A stretch of 54,722 nucleotides of DNA from a virus. Lineage: Duplodnaviria > Caudoviricetes. Below are positions 43,595 to 53,495 of the stretch, piece after piece (position 1 is the first letter of the stretch; each line of letters opens with the position of its first letter). The stretch covers positions 1 through 54,722 of IMG/VR virus record IMGVR_UViG_3300049190_000028. One strand, given 5' to 3'. The translations under genes were made by a program, and so were the position numbers. Below the pieces are notes generated by a model. The model made no database searches, was not told the origin of the DNA, and worked only from the letters and a program-made list of their open reading frames with translations.

Positions 43595-44920
43595 ATGGAA
43601 CTGGACTTCCCCACCATCGAATCCCCGGCCGCCGAGCCGGCCCCTTCCACCGCCGTCACGAAGCAACCCAGCGGCGACGTTGACCTGGCCAAGATCGACC
43701 TGCAGGCGGTTGCCCTGTCGGCCTTCAGCCCGGCCCGCGCCGCTATCGCGACGGCTCACGCCAAGCTGACCGGCGTTGTGCACGACCTGTCGACCACGAC
43801 GAAGCTGACCGAGGCCAAGTCGATGCGGCACCGTCTCATCGGCGCGCCGCTGGCCGAGACCCGCAAGACGTCCGCGGCGCTGAAGTCGAAGCTGACCGCT
43901 GTAAGCAAGGCCGTGGGCACGGAGCTGGCCGCCATCGAGGCCGCCTTCGAAGCCGCCGACCAGCTGATCAAACCGGCCATCGATGCCCGCGAGGCCGAGA
44001 TCGCCGAAGAGAAGCGCATCGCCGCGGAGAAGGAAGAGGCGCGTCTGCAGAAGCACCGCGACGCCCTCGCCAAGCTGGCCGAGCCCGCCGAGCGCTGCCG
44101 CCAGCCCGACATGACGGCCGAGCGCATCGCAAAGGGCATCGAACTGGTCACGGCCATCGTCATCGACCGCGCCGCATGGGAGGAGTTCGCCGACCGCGCC
44201 GAGGAGCAGAAGGCCGTGACGCTGGAGCGCATGCAGGCGCTGCACGCGGCCGCCGTGGCTGCTGAAGCCGAAGCCGCACGCCTGGCCGCAGAGAAGGCCG
44301 AGCAGGAGCGCAAGGCCGCGGAGCTGAAGGCCGAGGCCGACAGGCTGGCCGCCGAGCGCGCCGAGTTCGAGCGCCAGAAGGCCGAGCTGCAGGCGGAGAA
44401 GGACCGAGCCGCAGCGGAGAAGCTGAAGCGCGAGGAAGACGACGCCCGCGCGATGGTCAAGGACGCGCTGAAGCTGGCCGACGCAATCGGCCTGGGCGAC
44501 ACCAAGATGGAAGCACCGCAGGCCGGACCTGCGGGCGACGGGAGCCAGAAACCCGACGGCGACGCGGCAATTCCGCCCGCCAGAGCTGGCAGCCACTTTG
44601 CAGAGCATGGCTCTCAACAGGTTTTGAAGGCAGAGGCAAGCACGCCCGACGCTACCGACCGAGATGCCCATGTCATCGCCAGCCCGAGCGTCGGCTCTAT
44701 GGGCGCTGGGCAAGCCGCCGACGCGGCCCCCGTGGCGGGCGTGACCGAACTGCCCGCACTCAGCCTCGGCGAGATCAAGGCACGCATTGCGCCGCTGTCC
44801 ATCGACGCTGCAGGTCTGGAATCGCTGGGCTTCCCCGCCAAGAAGGTCAAGGCCTCGTGCATGTACCGCGCGAGTGACCTGCCCGACATGCTGGCCGCCA
44901 TGCGCAAGGTGCTGGCGTGA
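43595..44920 (+). CDS. Long coiled-coil phage protein
   Basis: Glu/Ala/Lys heptads; C-terminal LGEIKARIAPL...LGF domain. Confidence 0.7.
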   Translation: MELDFPTIESPAAEPAPSTAVTKQPSGDVDLAKIDLQAVALSAFSPARAAIATAHAKLTGVVHDLSTTTKLTEAKSMRHRLIGAPLAETRKTSAALKSKLTAVSKAVGTELAAIEAAFEAADQLIKPAIDAREAEIAEEKRIAAEKEEARLQKHRDALAKLAEPAERCRQPDMTAERIAKGIELVTAIVIDRAAWEEFADRAEEQKAVTLERMQALHAAAVAAEAEAARLAAEKAEQERKAAELKAEADRLAAERAEFERQKAELQAEKDRAAAEKLKREEDDARAMVKDALKLADAIGLGDTKMEAPQAGPAGDGSQKPDGDAAIPPARAGSHFAEHGSQQVLKAEASTPDATDRDAHVIASPSVGSMGAGQAADAAPVAGVTELPALSLGEIKARIAPLSIDAAGLESLGFPAKKVKASCMYRASDLPDMLAAMRKVLA

Positions 44921-45061
44921 GCCGCCGAGCACGCCAGCGCCAGGCCGCGCGCCCTTGGCAGCAACCCACCGAGCCGGCGCCCATCCCCTGGGACGCCATT
45001 GCCAACGACCGCGCCCAGCGCGAGCAGCCGCCGCAACAACAACCGAACAGCTGAGGAACGC

Positions 45062-46240
45062 ATGTTCAAGAACCTGATCACCTACCGCATCGACGCCGAT
45101 GTCGAGCTCGACCTGCAGATCCTGTCCGATGCGCTGGCCAAGGAGCCGTTCCTGCCCTGCGCACCGACGCAGCCGCTGTCTGTCGGCTGGGGCGCGCCGC
45201 GTGGCATCGAGCACGGAGCGCTGGTCGAAGCAGTCGACGGCCACTGGCTGCTGAAGCTCAAGCGCGAGCAGCGCATCCTGCCGGCGTCGGTCGTCGCTGA
45301 TCGCGTCGAAGAGCTGGCCGAGCACGTCGAGCAGACCACGGGCCGCAAGCCTGGCAAGAAGGCCCGCAAGGACTTGAAGGAGCAGGCCCAGCACGAGCTG
45401 CTGCCCCAGGCCTTCACCAAGCAGTCGGCCACGCTGGTGTGGATCGCCACCGAGCAGCGCCTACTGATGGTCGACGCCGGCAGCAGCGCACGGGCCGACG
45501 AGGTCGTGACGCTGTTGATCCAGGCGATGCCCGGCCTGTCCCTTCAGCTGGTGCAGACCGCGGAGAGCCCGGCCGCCGTCATGGCCGCTTGGCTCATGGA
45601 CGGCGTGACGCCCGAAGGCTTCCAGATCGAGCGCGAGGCCGAGCTGAAGGGCAGCGATGAGCAGAAGCCAGTCGTCCGCTACGGCCGCCATCCGCTGGAC
45701 ATCGGCGAGGTGCGCGCGCACCTGGTGGCAGGAAAGATGCCGACCCGCCTGGCGCTGTCCTGGCGCGAACGCGTCGCCTTCACGCTCACCGAGGGCTTCG
45801 CGGTCAAGAAGATCAACTTCTTGGATCTCGCCTTCGAGGGCCGGCCCGCGGCCAGCGGCGACGAAGCCTTTGACGCCGACATGGCGCTGGCCACCGGCGA
45901 GCTGGCCGTGCTGCTGCCGGCGCTGATCGAAGGCCTGGGCGGCGAGATGGACCTCAGCGCGCTAGCCGCTACGGCTGCGGCTGCGGCTCCAGCGCCCGCC
46001 GCGGGCCCAGCACCGGCCGCGCCCGCGCCTCACTTCGACGCCGACACGGACCCGCTCTACGAGAAGGCCGTCGCCATCGTCCGTCAGCACCGCAAGCCCT
46101 CGATCTCGCTGGTTCAGCGCCATCTGGCCATTGGCTACAACCGCGCCGCCCGTCTGCTGGAGCGCATGGAGAAGGAAGGCATCTGCGGCCCGCTGCTGGC
46201 CGACGGTGGCCGCGTCCTTCTGCAGGCCGCGCCTGCCTGA
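45062..46240 (+). CDS. rdgC: Recombination-associated RdgC fused to FtsK-gamma domain
   Basis: MFKNLITYR...LLPQAF...LAL.W; C-terminus DPLYEKAV...[21 protein letters not shown]. Confidence 0.9.
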   Translation: MFKNLITYRIDADVELDLQILSDALAKEPFLPCAPTQPLSVGWGAPRGIEHGALVEAVDGHWLLKLKREQRILPASVVADRVEELAEHVEQTTGRKPGKKARKDLKEQAQHELLPQAFTKQSATLVWIATEQRLLMVDAGSSARADEVVTLLIQAMPGLSLQLVQTAESPAAVMAAWLMDGVTPEGFQIEREAELKGSDEQKPVVRYGRHPLDIGEVRAHLVAGKMPTRLALSWRERVAFTLTEGFAVKKINFLDLAFEGRPAASGDEAFDADMALATGELAVLLPALIEGLGGEMDLSALAATAAAAAPAPAAGPAPAAPAPHFDADTDPLYEKAVAIVRQHRKPSISLVQRHLAIGYNRAARLLERMEKEGICGPLLADGGRVLLQAAPA

Positions 46241-46267
46241 CCCGAAGCCAATACCCGAGCGACGAGT

Positions 46268-46498
46268 ATGAGCAACACCGAACCCACACAACTCGGCGGC
46301 GCCGCCGCGATCTATGACGCACTCACCGGGTCGCCGCATGGCCTGGCTGGGGCTGTCGATTACTCGGACGCGTGGTTCACCGTCTGCGCCGCCTTGAGCG
46401 AGGCGGACCCGCAGTGGACAACGTTCGGCAACACGGGCGCGCAGGCGGCGGCCAATTTCATCCGGCACCTCGCCACGTTTCAGCAGCACTCAGCCTGA
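46268..46498 (+). CDS. Hypothetical protein
   Basis: ORF in early arm. Confidence 0.5.
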   Translation: MSNTEPTQLGGAAAIYDALTGSPHGLAGAVDYSDAWFTVCAALSEADPQWTTFGNTGAQAAANFIRHLATFQQHSA

Positions 46499-46524
46499 AT
46501 CCCGCCCTTTTGGAACTGCACATC

Positions 46525-47049
46525 ATGACCAACACCACTGAGAAACGCGCGCCCGTCCAGGGCTACCCTGGCGGCATCCCCTGGGCCATCCACCTGGAAG
46601 CCTATGAGGTCTACTGCAAGCGCTGGGGCGCCCAGCCCGCGCTGATCGACCTGGAGGGCCGCAACTGTCGCGGCGGCTTCAGCACGGGTGAATTGGACCA
46701 GTTCATCCCCGGCTGGCGCGACCGCGTTGCCGAGTTCGGTCTGCTGAAGACAGAAGTGGTGCAGCTCCGCGCCGAGGTGGAGCGACTGAAGCAGTCGCGC
46801 GACGACTGGAAGAAGGTTGCCGAGCAGCGAGGCGACGAGATCCAGGCCAGCCGGCCGCGCGCCCAGGAGTCGACGCTGCCCAACATCCCCGGCCTGGCCG
46901 CCGACCCTTCGGCCTTCGTGCGCTGGGCTGAGCCCAAGGGTTACGACATGACCAGCCACCCGCTGCACTTCCTGTTCTTGAACGAGAGGACCTATGCGGC
47001 GCGCGAGGGCTGGAACGCCTGCAAGCACCACTACGGCATCGACGCCTGA
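46525..47049 (+). CDS. Hypothetical mosaic protein
   Basis: IPWAIHLEAY...RGGF; preceded by junction repeat. Confidence 0.6.
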   Translation: MTNTTEKRAPVQGYPGGIPWAIHLEAYEVYCKRWGAQPALIDLEGRNCRGGFSTGELDQFIPGWRDRVAEFGLLKTEVVQLRAEVERLKQSRDDWKKVAEQRGDEIQASRPRAQESTLPNIPGLAADPSAFVRWAEPKGYDMTSHPLHFLFLNERTYAAREGWNACKHHYGIDA

Positions 47050-47076
47050 CCGGCGTCCCACCCTTGGAACTGGAAC

Positions 47077-47298
47077 ATGAGCCGCATCCCCCTGAAAGAC
47101 ATGCAAGCGCTGCTGGAGCGCGCGACCTACGAGGACAGCTATGGCGTCTACGGGTCCGAGTTTCTGGTCTGCCGCATCTGCGAGCGCGAGAGCGGTGCCG
47201 GCGTGCTGGCAAAGCCGAACTGGCATGCGCATGACTGCCCGGTGCCGCGCTTGCAGCGCAAGTACAGCCACCGCGGCGCCAAGCCGTTCAATGGATAA
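47077..47298 (+). CDS. Small Zn-binding protein
   Basis: CRIC...HAHDCP. Confidence 0.55.
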   Translation: MSRIPLKDMQALLERATYEDSYGVYGSEFLVCRICERESGAGVLAKPNWHAHDCPVPRLQRKYSHRGAKPFNG

Positions 47299-47307
47299 GC
47301 CTCAGCC

Positions 47308-47832
47308 ATGAGCAACAAGCCCAAGACCAATCTCACCGCCGAGTTCGTGCGGGAGCTTTTCGACTACGACCCTGAGACTGGTGTGTTCACTCGGCGCGTC
47401 AGCCGCCAGGGTCTGCGCGCCAAGGCCGGCACCATCGCAGGGACTCGCAAGCCCAACGGCTACCTGACGATCTGGATCTGCGGCGCGAACCACATGGCCC
47501 ATCGGCTGGCCTGGCTGCATTTCTACGGTCGCTGGCCCGCGGAGCATCTGGACCACATCAACCGCGTCCGGGACGACAACCGCATCGCCAATCTGCGCGA
47601 GGTGACCTTCTCCGAGAACAACCAGAACGTCGGGCTGCGGCGCACCAGCAGGTCTGGCTATCGGGGCGTCACCCGCGTGAAGGCTGGCTGGTGGGCGCGG
47701 ATCGTCATCAACGGCGAGACACACCCGCTCGGCACCTATGGCACGCCCGAGGAAGCCTATGCCGCCTACCTCGCGGCAGCAGCCTCCATGCACACCCACA
47801 ACCCGTTCGCAGGCCAAGCCCCGACGGCCTGA
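47308..47832 (+). CDS. HNH homing endonuclease with AP2-like domain
   Basis: YDPETG, AHRLAW, DHINRVRDDNRIANLR, SGYRGV. Confidence 0.9.
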   Translation: MSNKPKTNLTAEFVRELFDYDPETGVFTRRVSRQGLRAKAGTIAGTRKPNGYLTIWICGANHMAHRLAWLHFYGRWPAEHLDHINRVRDDNRIANLREVTFSENNQNVGLRRTSRSGYRGVTRVKAGWWARIVINGETHPLGTYGTPEEAYAAYLAAAASMHTHNPFAGQAPTA

Positions 47833-47852
47833 CTTTGAATCCTTCGACTGTG

Positions 47853-48047
47853 ATGACCGACTACCAAGAAACGCTGCAACTGCTTCGCAGGCGCGAAGCA
47901 GAAATCGAGCGCCTAGCCGATCAGAACGATGTGCTGCGCACGGCGCTGGAGCGCCTGCAGCGCTTCGACTTCGAGTGTCGCCGCGACGGCATCGAGCCGC
48001 TGCCCGCTGCTGTCGTCCGGATCATCGACACCGCGCTGGCGGCCTGA
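47853..48047 (+). CDS. Small coiled-coil protein
   Basis: ORF in early arm. Confidence 0.5.
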   Translation: MTDYQETLQLLRRREAEIERLADQNDVLRTALERLQRFDFECRRDGIEPLPAAVVRIIDTALAA

Positions 48048-48070
48048 CCTCCCACCCTTCGAACTCGGAC

Positions 48071-48343
48071 ATGACCATGACCAACACCCACCACGCCGGC
48101 CAGAAGCAGGTGCAGATTGCCGCCAAGCTGTACGAGCTGCGCGACCGCGCGAAGCTGCTGCTGGGCGACGCCTACAAACCCCGCATGGCCGAACTGGCCA
48201 AGATCATGGAGGACACGGGACGGCAGAACGGCAAGTCCGTGCTGGACGTGGCCATCGCCGTCGCGGAGAAGCGCCGCCTGATCGGCATGGATCTGATGAT
48301 GGTCATGGCCGCCGCCGTCGAGCACGCGGAGCCGTCGGCATGA
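48071..48343 (+). CDS. Hypothetical protein
   Basis: Preceded by junction repeat. Confidence 0.55.
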   Translation: MTMTNTHHAGQKQVQIAAKLYELRDRAKLLLGDAYKPRMAELAKIMEDTGRQNGKSVLDVAIAVAEKRRLIGMDLMMVMAAAVEHAEPSA

Positions 48344-48591
48344 GCTGGGAAGTCTGGGGCACGCCGCCCGACCCGGAGCCGTCGTACTGCCCGCAGTGCG
48401 GCGAGCAACACCACGTCGAGGGCTGCGAGCTGGGCGCCATGCAGGCCAGGGCCGTCAAGGCGGAGCTGCAGCGCGACCAACTGCTGGAAGCCCTCCGCGC
48501 CGCTCACGATCACCTTGACATGTGGTCGCTGGAAGTCAGCCACTGCAAGCACGCTGCGCTGATCCGCGCGGCGCTCAAAGCCAATACCTGA
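48340..48591 (+). CDS. Hypothetical protein
   Basis: ATGA coupling; CPQC. Confidence 0.5.
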   Translation: MSWEVWGTPPDPEPSYCPQCGEQHHVEGCELGAMQARAVKAELQRDQLLEALRAAHDHLDMWSLEVSHCKHAALIRAALKANT

Positions 48592-48622
48592 AGCCTGCCC
48601 ATCAACAACACAGGAGCCCACC

Positions 48623-49141
48623 ATGGGACGAGAAGTAAGGCGAGTGCCGGCCGACTGGCAACACCCCAAGCACGAGGTGCCCGACTGGCGCACCGGCCGC
48701 ATGGTCGAGCGCTACAAGCCGCTGTTCGGCGGGAGCTGGTCGCAGGCCGCGCGCGAATGGGATGAGGCCAACGCCAAGTGGGAGCGGGGCGAGTTCCCTG
48801 ACTACGCCTCCGAAGAGTGCCGCGCGCTGCCATACGACCAGTGGAACGGACGGCGGCCCTTCAGTGAGGACTACATGCCCGACTGGCCCGCCGAGCAGCG
48901 CACCCACCTCATGATGTACGAGGACACCAGCGAGGGCACGCCGATCAGCCCGGCCTTCGCCACGCCCGAGGAACTGGCCCGCTGGCTGGTGGACAACGGC
49001 GCCAGCGCCTTCGGCAGCTCGACCGGCACCTACGAGGGCTGGCTGCGCGTGGCGCAAGGCGGCTGGGCGCCGTCGATGGTCGCGACCGCCGAAGGCATCA
49101 CCAGCGGTGTCGATGCTGCCGCCGTCCAAGCCCCCGCTTGA
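48623..49141 (+). CDS. Hypothetical phage protein
   Basis: MGREVRRVP..W.HP; YEDTSEGTPISP.F; AGGAG RBS. Confidence 0.75.
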   Translation: MGREVRRVPADWQHPKHEVPDWRTGRMVERYKPLFGGSWSQAAREWDEANAKWERGEFPDYASEECRALPYDQWNGRRPFSEDYMPDWPAEQRTHLMMYEDTSEGTPISPAFATPEELARWLVDNGASAFGSSTGTYEGWLRVAQGGWAPSMVATAEGITSGVDAAAVQAPA

Positions 49142-49151
49142 GGGTCTGACC

Positions 49152-49358
49152 ATGAACAACCAGCCAACGTTCCCGCAGGCGCGCGAGCGTTACTACGTGG
49201 AGAAGGCGTCCGGGTCCGACTGGGCCTACGTCATTGACCGCAAAACCGGCCGCCGCTGCTCCCGCTTCAACTGCCACAAGCTGTACGGCCAGTTGGAGGG
49301 ATTCCAGGCTGCCGAGCGGCGCGCTGGGTGGATGAACCGCCAAGCCGCCTCCGCCTGA
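49152..49358 (+). CDS. Hypothetical protein
   Basis: ORF in early arm. Confidence 0.5.
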   Translation: MNNQPTFPQARERYYVEKASGSDWAYVIDRKTGRRCSRFNCHKLYGQLEGFQAAERRAGWMNRQAASA

Positions 49359-49380
49359 AAACCATCCTTGGGAAGAGCCC

Positions 49381-49596
49381 ATGCAGATCCTTGAACACCT
49401 CAGCGACGACGAAGTCGTCAAGCTGGCCGCCAAGCCGACACCCAAGCCGATGGCCGGCGAATGGACGCTGACGGCGCCGGACGGCCGGACCTGGAAAGCC
49501 GCCTCGCCGATTCACTGCGTGCAGGCTGAGAGCAACAGCCGCATCCCGCCCGAAATCGCACTCGCGCGCATCCGGGCCAGCCTCCTGAAGGACTGA
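49381..49596 (+). CDS. Hypothetical protein
   Basis: WTLTAPDGRTW motif. Confidence 0.55.
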   Translation: MQILEHLSDDEVVKLAAKPTPKPMAGEWTLTAPDGRTWKAASPIHCVQAESNSRIPPEIALARIRASLLKD

Positions 49597-49601
49597 CCAC
49601 C

Positions 49602-51038
49602 TTGAGCACACCAGACATTGCCGAAGCCCGGACGCAGTTCGACTACCTGCTGAACGCTTACACCGCCGCGGCGCAGGCCGACAAGCCCGCCGAGCACGAC
49701 TACAAGGTCAAGCGCGAGGCGCTGTTTGCCTACGTCCGCGAGACCGAGCGCGCAGCCCGCAACCAGGCCGCCGAGGTGGAGCGGCTGCGCTCTGCCGTGC
49801 ACTCCTGCGGCCCCACCTGTGACAAAGCCGGCTGCGTCAATGCGCGACTCACGCAAGAGCTTGAGCGGCTGCGCGCCCAGGTGGCGCCGGACGGCTGGAA
49901 GCTGGTGCCGGTGGAGATGACGGACGAGATGCGCGACGCCGGCAATGAGGTCGTCGGCAACCGCTACCTTCTCAGCAGAGCCTACGCCGCCATGCTCGCC
50001 GCCTCCCCCGCCGCCCCGGCACAGCAAGACACCACGGCACCGGCTGGGAGAGCCCGGCTGGCAGAGTCTGGGGGATCCCGGGCTTGCGCCGTGGTGCCCG
50101 CCCCGGCACAGCAGGCCGAGCCCTGCGACATGGGCGAAATCTGCATCGGCTGCCAGCCCCGTGCGGTTGATGGTGGGTGTCCTCACGCCGAGCAGGCCCC
50201 ATCCCTGACGGTTGGGGATGAGCCGCGCCCTCCCAGCCCAACGGCCGGCATGACCCTCGCCCAGCGCATCCTGCACGTCGGCGGCCGGAACAACGCTGCG
50301 GGCTATGTGGAGTTCGGCAGCACGCAGGCTGTTCAAGCGCTGGTGCATCAGGTGCTGCGCGACCTGCCGGACGGCGGCGTGCCCGCCGAGCCGAACGACT
50401 GGCGCCTGCCGGCTGACCTGAAGGCCGGTCACGTCACCTTCCGCAAGGGCGTCCACTGCTCCGCGCTGGTGTCGCGCATGAAGATGCTGCACGAGACGGC
50501 TTTCGGCGTGGACAACCTGACGCCGGAGCAGAAGGCTGCAAACCTCGCGGCGCTTCAGGCCGGCGAGCCGCTGCCCCACGGCTTCCTGTCGTCCCAGCCT
50601 GCCGCGCAGGGGGTGGAAGTGCCGGCCGGGCTGGCAAGGTCGGACGCCGAGTTCTGGCTGCGCCACCGCGCCGCGATCATCGACGCGTGCGAGCGCGCCG
50701 GCCTCACCATCGTGACCACAGCCAGCGGCGTCGAGTTGTGGTTGCGCAAGCATCTGCGCGCCGCCCTTGCCCAGGCGCCGGCCGCCGAGCCGCAAGCTGT
50801 CGTGTCGGCTTACCGCATCGGCGACGGCATCAATGCCGTCAAGGTGGAGCGGGTCCAGCAGATGGAAGGCCCCGACCTGTGGGCGGTGCGCCGGCATGCC
50901 GAGGTGCTCAGCAAGGAAGGCGCCTGGGAGTGGGAGCCGATGCCCAGCAGCCGGGATGACGACTTCCTGGCCCGGTGCCGCTTCTCGACCAGCGACGACG
51001 CCATTGCGGCGGCCGTTGCGGCTGCTGCGACCGCCTAA
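49602..51038 (+). CDS. Mosaic Ea/Eaa-like early protein (478 aa)
   Basis: PDGWKLVPVEMT..M...YAAMLAA module and repeated APAQQ linkers. Confidence 0.65.
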   Translation: MSTPDIAEARTQFDYLLNAYTAAAQADKPAEHDYKVKREALFAYVRETERAARNQAAEVERLRSAVHSCGPTCDKAGCVNARLTQELERLRAQVAPDGWKLVPVEMTDEMRDAGNEVVGNRYLLSRAYAAMLAASPAAPAQQDTTAPAGRARLAESGGSRACAVVPAPAQQAEPCDMGEICIGCQPRAVDGGCPHAEQAPSLTVGDEPRPPSPTAGMTLAQRILHVGGRNNAAGYVEFGSTQAVQALVHQVLRDLPDGGVPAEPNDWRLPADLKAGHVTFRKGVHCSALVSRMKMLHETAFGVDNLTPEQKAANLAALQAGEPLPHGFLSSQPAAQGVEVPAGLARSDAEFWLRHRAAIIDACERAGLTIVTTASGVELWLRKHLRAALAQAPAAEPQAVVSAYRIGDGINAVKVERVQQMEGPDLWAVRRHAEVLSKEGAWEWEPMPSSRDDDFLARCRFSTSDDAIAAAVAAAATA

Positions 51039-51054
51039 ATCCCATGTACGGAAG

Positions 51055-51369
51055 ATGAGCATGACCGACTACGCACCCTGGGCCGACCAGACCGGCAGCC
51101 GCCACATCAGCCAGAGCTACGAAGACTGGATGAACGACATGGCAACCCGGGAGCCGAAGCCCATCCGCTGGACGCGCCGCACCTACCGGCAGGCGCACAG
51201 CCTCGCACGCTTCCTGGGCGGCTACGACTGCGACACTGCCGGCGTTGCTCGCGAGCCGCTGCTGCAGCGTTATTTCGAGCTTTGGGCCGATCACCCGCAG
51301 AACGACGACCCGCTCGCCGTTCCCACTCAACAACGCTACTGGAAGCACCTCGATGGCATCCCCTTCTGA
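51055..51369 (+). CDS. Hypothetical protein
   Basis: Ends DGIPF (SSB-like tail). Confidence 0.5.
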   Translation: MSMTDYAPWADQTGSRHISQSYEDWMNDMATREPKPIRWTRRTYRQAHSLARFLGGYDCDTAGVAREPLLQRYFELWADHPQNDDPLAVPTQQRYWKHLDGIPF

Positions 51370-51544
51370 CGCCGCGAACGTCCAGGCCGACGAGCCGCTC
51401 ATCGCGCTGATGTACGACCACGACGGGCACGGCGGCTACTACGCCCAGGCCCGAGTGGTGGGCCTCAAGACGGAGGCCGAGGCGCTGGCGGCCGTCGCGC
51501 ATCTGCAAGAGATGCTTTGCTCCGACGAGCTGAGAGCCAACTGA
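51353..51544 (+). CDS. Hypothetical protein
   Basis: Overlapping ORF before xis. Confidence 0.45.
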   Translation: MASPSDAANVQADEPLIALMYDHDGHGGYYAQARVVGLKTEAEALAAVAHLQEMLCSDELRAN

Positions 51545-51568
51545 CCGTCCCACCCTTCGAACTGACGT

Positions 51569-51793
51569 ATGAGCACCGCCACCTTAGACAGCGAATTCCT
51601 GTCGGCGGCCGAGGTCAAAGACCTGACCGGCTGCGCGAAGCCTGACGACCAGGAGGCCGAACTGAAGCGCCAGGGCCTGCCGGCCAAGCGCCGAGGCAAC
51701 CGCCTGCTGGTGTCGCGCTTCCATTGCCGGGAGTGGCTGTCCGGCCGGCCCGTGGCACCATCGCGCGGCATCAACCTCGCCCTGGTGAAATGA
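51569..51793 (+). CDS. Excisionase-like protein (DUF4224)
   Basis: FLSAAEVKDLTG...Q...L...G; upstream of int. Confidence 0.75.
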   Translation: MSTATLDSEFLSAAEVKDLTGCAKPDDQEAELKRQGLPAKRRGNRLLVSRFHCREWLSGRPVAPSRGINLALVK

Positions 51794-52302
51794 CTGCATC
51801 AACATCCGGAGCAAAGGACTGGGGCGTCACGCTGGAAGACGCTCAGCGCGAATTGACCTTCTTGCCCGAACTGGGTCGATTCCGCTGGAATTGCGCTGTC
51901 AAGCGTGGTCGCTCAAAAGGCGGCATCGCGGGATTTGCGATCAACGGCGGAAAGTACCGCGTCATATTCTTGCTAGGCCATCGGCACATGGAGCATCGCC
52001 TTGCTTGGCTATTCCATACCGGCTCGTGGCCGCTCTACGATATTGACCATATTGATGGCGACCGGCAGAACAATCGACCAAGCAATCTACGCGACGTTCC
52101 TCGCAAGACAAATTCCGAAAATCAGCGCGTTGGCCGCAATGGCCGCCTCATGGGCACGACGCAGCTTCCAAACGGCGCGTGGGTGGCGTTCATAGGCCAC
52201 AACTACAAGAGCATCAACCTCGGCACGTTTCAAACCGAAGCTGCCGCCCACGCCGCTTATCTGGCGGCTAAGCGCAAGCTACATGCAGGTTGCACCATAT
52301 GA
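51790..52302 (+). CDS. HNH homing endonuclease
   Basis: EHRLAW...IDHIDGDRQNNRPSNLR; lower GC. Confidence 0.88.
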   Translation: MTASTSGAKDWGVTLEDAQRELTFLPELGRFRWNCAVKRGRSKGGIAGFAINGGKYRVIFLLGHRHMEHRLAWLFHTGSWPLYDIDHIDGDRQNNRPSNLRDVPRKTNSENQRVGRNGRLMGTTQLPNGAWVAFIGHNYKSINLGTFQTEAAAHAAYLAAKRKLHAGCTI

Positions 52303-53333
52303 CTGGGCAATACCCCGGGCTTCGGTCCCATGTCAGAAAGCGGAAAAGCGGAAAGGTAGTGGTTTACTACTTCTACGACCGTCGAGCCGAGGGCGGTCCT
52401 GACATTCCGCTCGGTTCAGACTACACGCAGGCGTTGGTCAAGTGGGATGAAATCAGAAACCGTGCGCCGCGCATCGCCGGCACGCTGGAAGAGGCGTTCT
52501 CCAGCTGGGAGACCGACAAAGAGCGCGGCCTGCCCAGCTACACCAGCGCCGAAACGAAGCGCGGATACACGAAGAACCTGCGCCAGCTGCGACCGGTGTT
52601 CGGCGAGGCCACATGGGATCAGATCGACCTGCCGGCGCTGAAGGCCTATCTGCGGGCGCGCACGGCGAAGACGCAGGGCAACCGCGAGATGTCCCTGCTG
52701 TCGATCATCTGGAATTGGGCGCGCATGGAGGGGATGACCCGCCTGCCCTGGCCGGCTGCCGGCATGGAGCGCAGCCGCTGGAAGAACGAGGAGCAGCCCC
52801 GCGAGTTCGAGGTCACGCCCGAGCTGTTCGCCGCCGTCTACGCGGAGGCCGACCAGGTGCTGCGCGACTGCATGGACATCGCCAGCGCTACCGGCATGCG
52901 CCTGACCGATGCCCGCCAGGTGCTGCTGCCAGCCGGCGATCTGCTGCGCCTGAAGGCCAGCAAGACCGGCAAGAAGGCCGACTTCGACCTGTCGCTGTCC
53001 GCGGTGCTACCGGACCTGATCACCCGGCGCCGCGCCGTGAAGGCGTCGCACCTCATGCTGCTGTCGACGCCAGACGGCCGGCCGGTTTCTCAGCGCATGC
53101 TGCGCGACCGTTGGGATGAGGCGCGCGAGGCCGCCGCCAAGGCTGCCGAAGAGGCTGGCGACCAAGCCTTCGCCACCTTGGTCCGCGCCATGTACCTGCG
53201 CGACATGCGCAAGATGGCCAGCGATCTGGTCGAGACGGACGAGGAGGCGGCGACCCTGCTGCAGCACGGCAACGTTGCCCTCACGCGACGGCATTACCGG
53301 ACCCGCGCGACCAAGCTCAAGCCGGTGCGCTGA
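52299..53333 (+). CDS. int: Prophage integrase (tyrosine recombinase)
   Basis: TGMRLTD, RDMRK, LLQH...TRRHY; adjacent to att. Confidence 0.93.
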   Translation: MTGQYPGLRSHVRKRKSGKVVVYYFYDRRAEGGPDIPLGSDYTQALVKWDEIRNRAPRIAGTLEEAFSSWETDKERGLPSYTSAETKRGYTKNLRQLRPVFGEATWDQIDLPALKAYLRARTAKTQGNREMSLLSIIWNWARMEGMTRLPWPAAGMERSRWKNEEQPREFEVTPELFAAVYAEADQVLRDCMDIASATGMRLTDARQVLLPAGDLLRLKASKTGKKADFDLSLSAVLPDLITRRRAVKASHLMLLSTPDGRPVSQRMLRDRWDEAREAAAKAAEEAGDQAFATLVRAMYLRDMRKMASDLVETDEEAATLLQHGNVALTRRHYRTRATKLKPVR

Positions 53334-53335
53334 GG

Positions 53336-53408
53336 CGTTCCGCATTCTTTGCGCTAGCCCTGGGCGATCTGGGTTCAAACGCGGAACACTTTGCGGCACC
53401 TGTTCCGA
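53336..53408. repeat. Probable integrase arm-type sites (GCGGAAC-like)
   Basis: cgttccgca, gcggaacac, tgcggcacc and tgttccga clustered between int and the att core. Confidence 0.5.
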
Positions 53409-53438
53409 TGCCTACTGACGAAAGTCGGCGCGGGCTAT

Positions 53439-53495
53439 GGGACTCAAAATCCCCCGCCGCAAGGTGTGCCGGTTCGAGTCCGGCCCCGGGCACCA
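53439..53495 (+). tRNA. 3' fragment of tRNA-Leu(CAA); prophage att site, not an intact gene
   Basis: GGGA-CTCAAAA-TCCC anticodon arm, long variable arm, GGTTCGAGTCC T arm, CCA end; 5' half absent. Confidence 0.92.

Larger units (their letters stand above)
47056..51563 (+). repeat. Dispersed 16-bp junction repeat TCCCACCCTT(C/G)GAACT
   Basis: Copies at 47056, 48050 and 51548, each 5 nt before an ATG; variant at 46500. Confidence 0.8.
1..53495. mobile_element. Temperate podovirus-like prophage integrated at tRNA-Leu(CAA); left end outside window
   Basis: Lambdoid-style module order (virion, terminase, nin, replication, cro/cI, recombination, xis, int) ending at a tRNA 3' fragment followed by host genes. 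Confidence 0.97.

Noticed and set aside
53410-53495. Intact tRNA-Leu gene
   Set aside because: 5' acceptor strand and D arm are missing; this is the att fragment, and the intact gene should lie at the other prophage end
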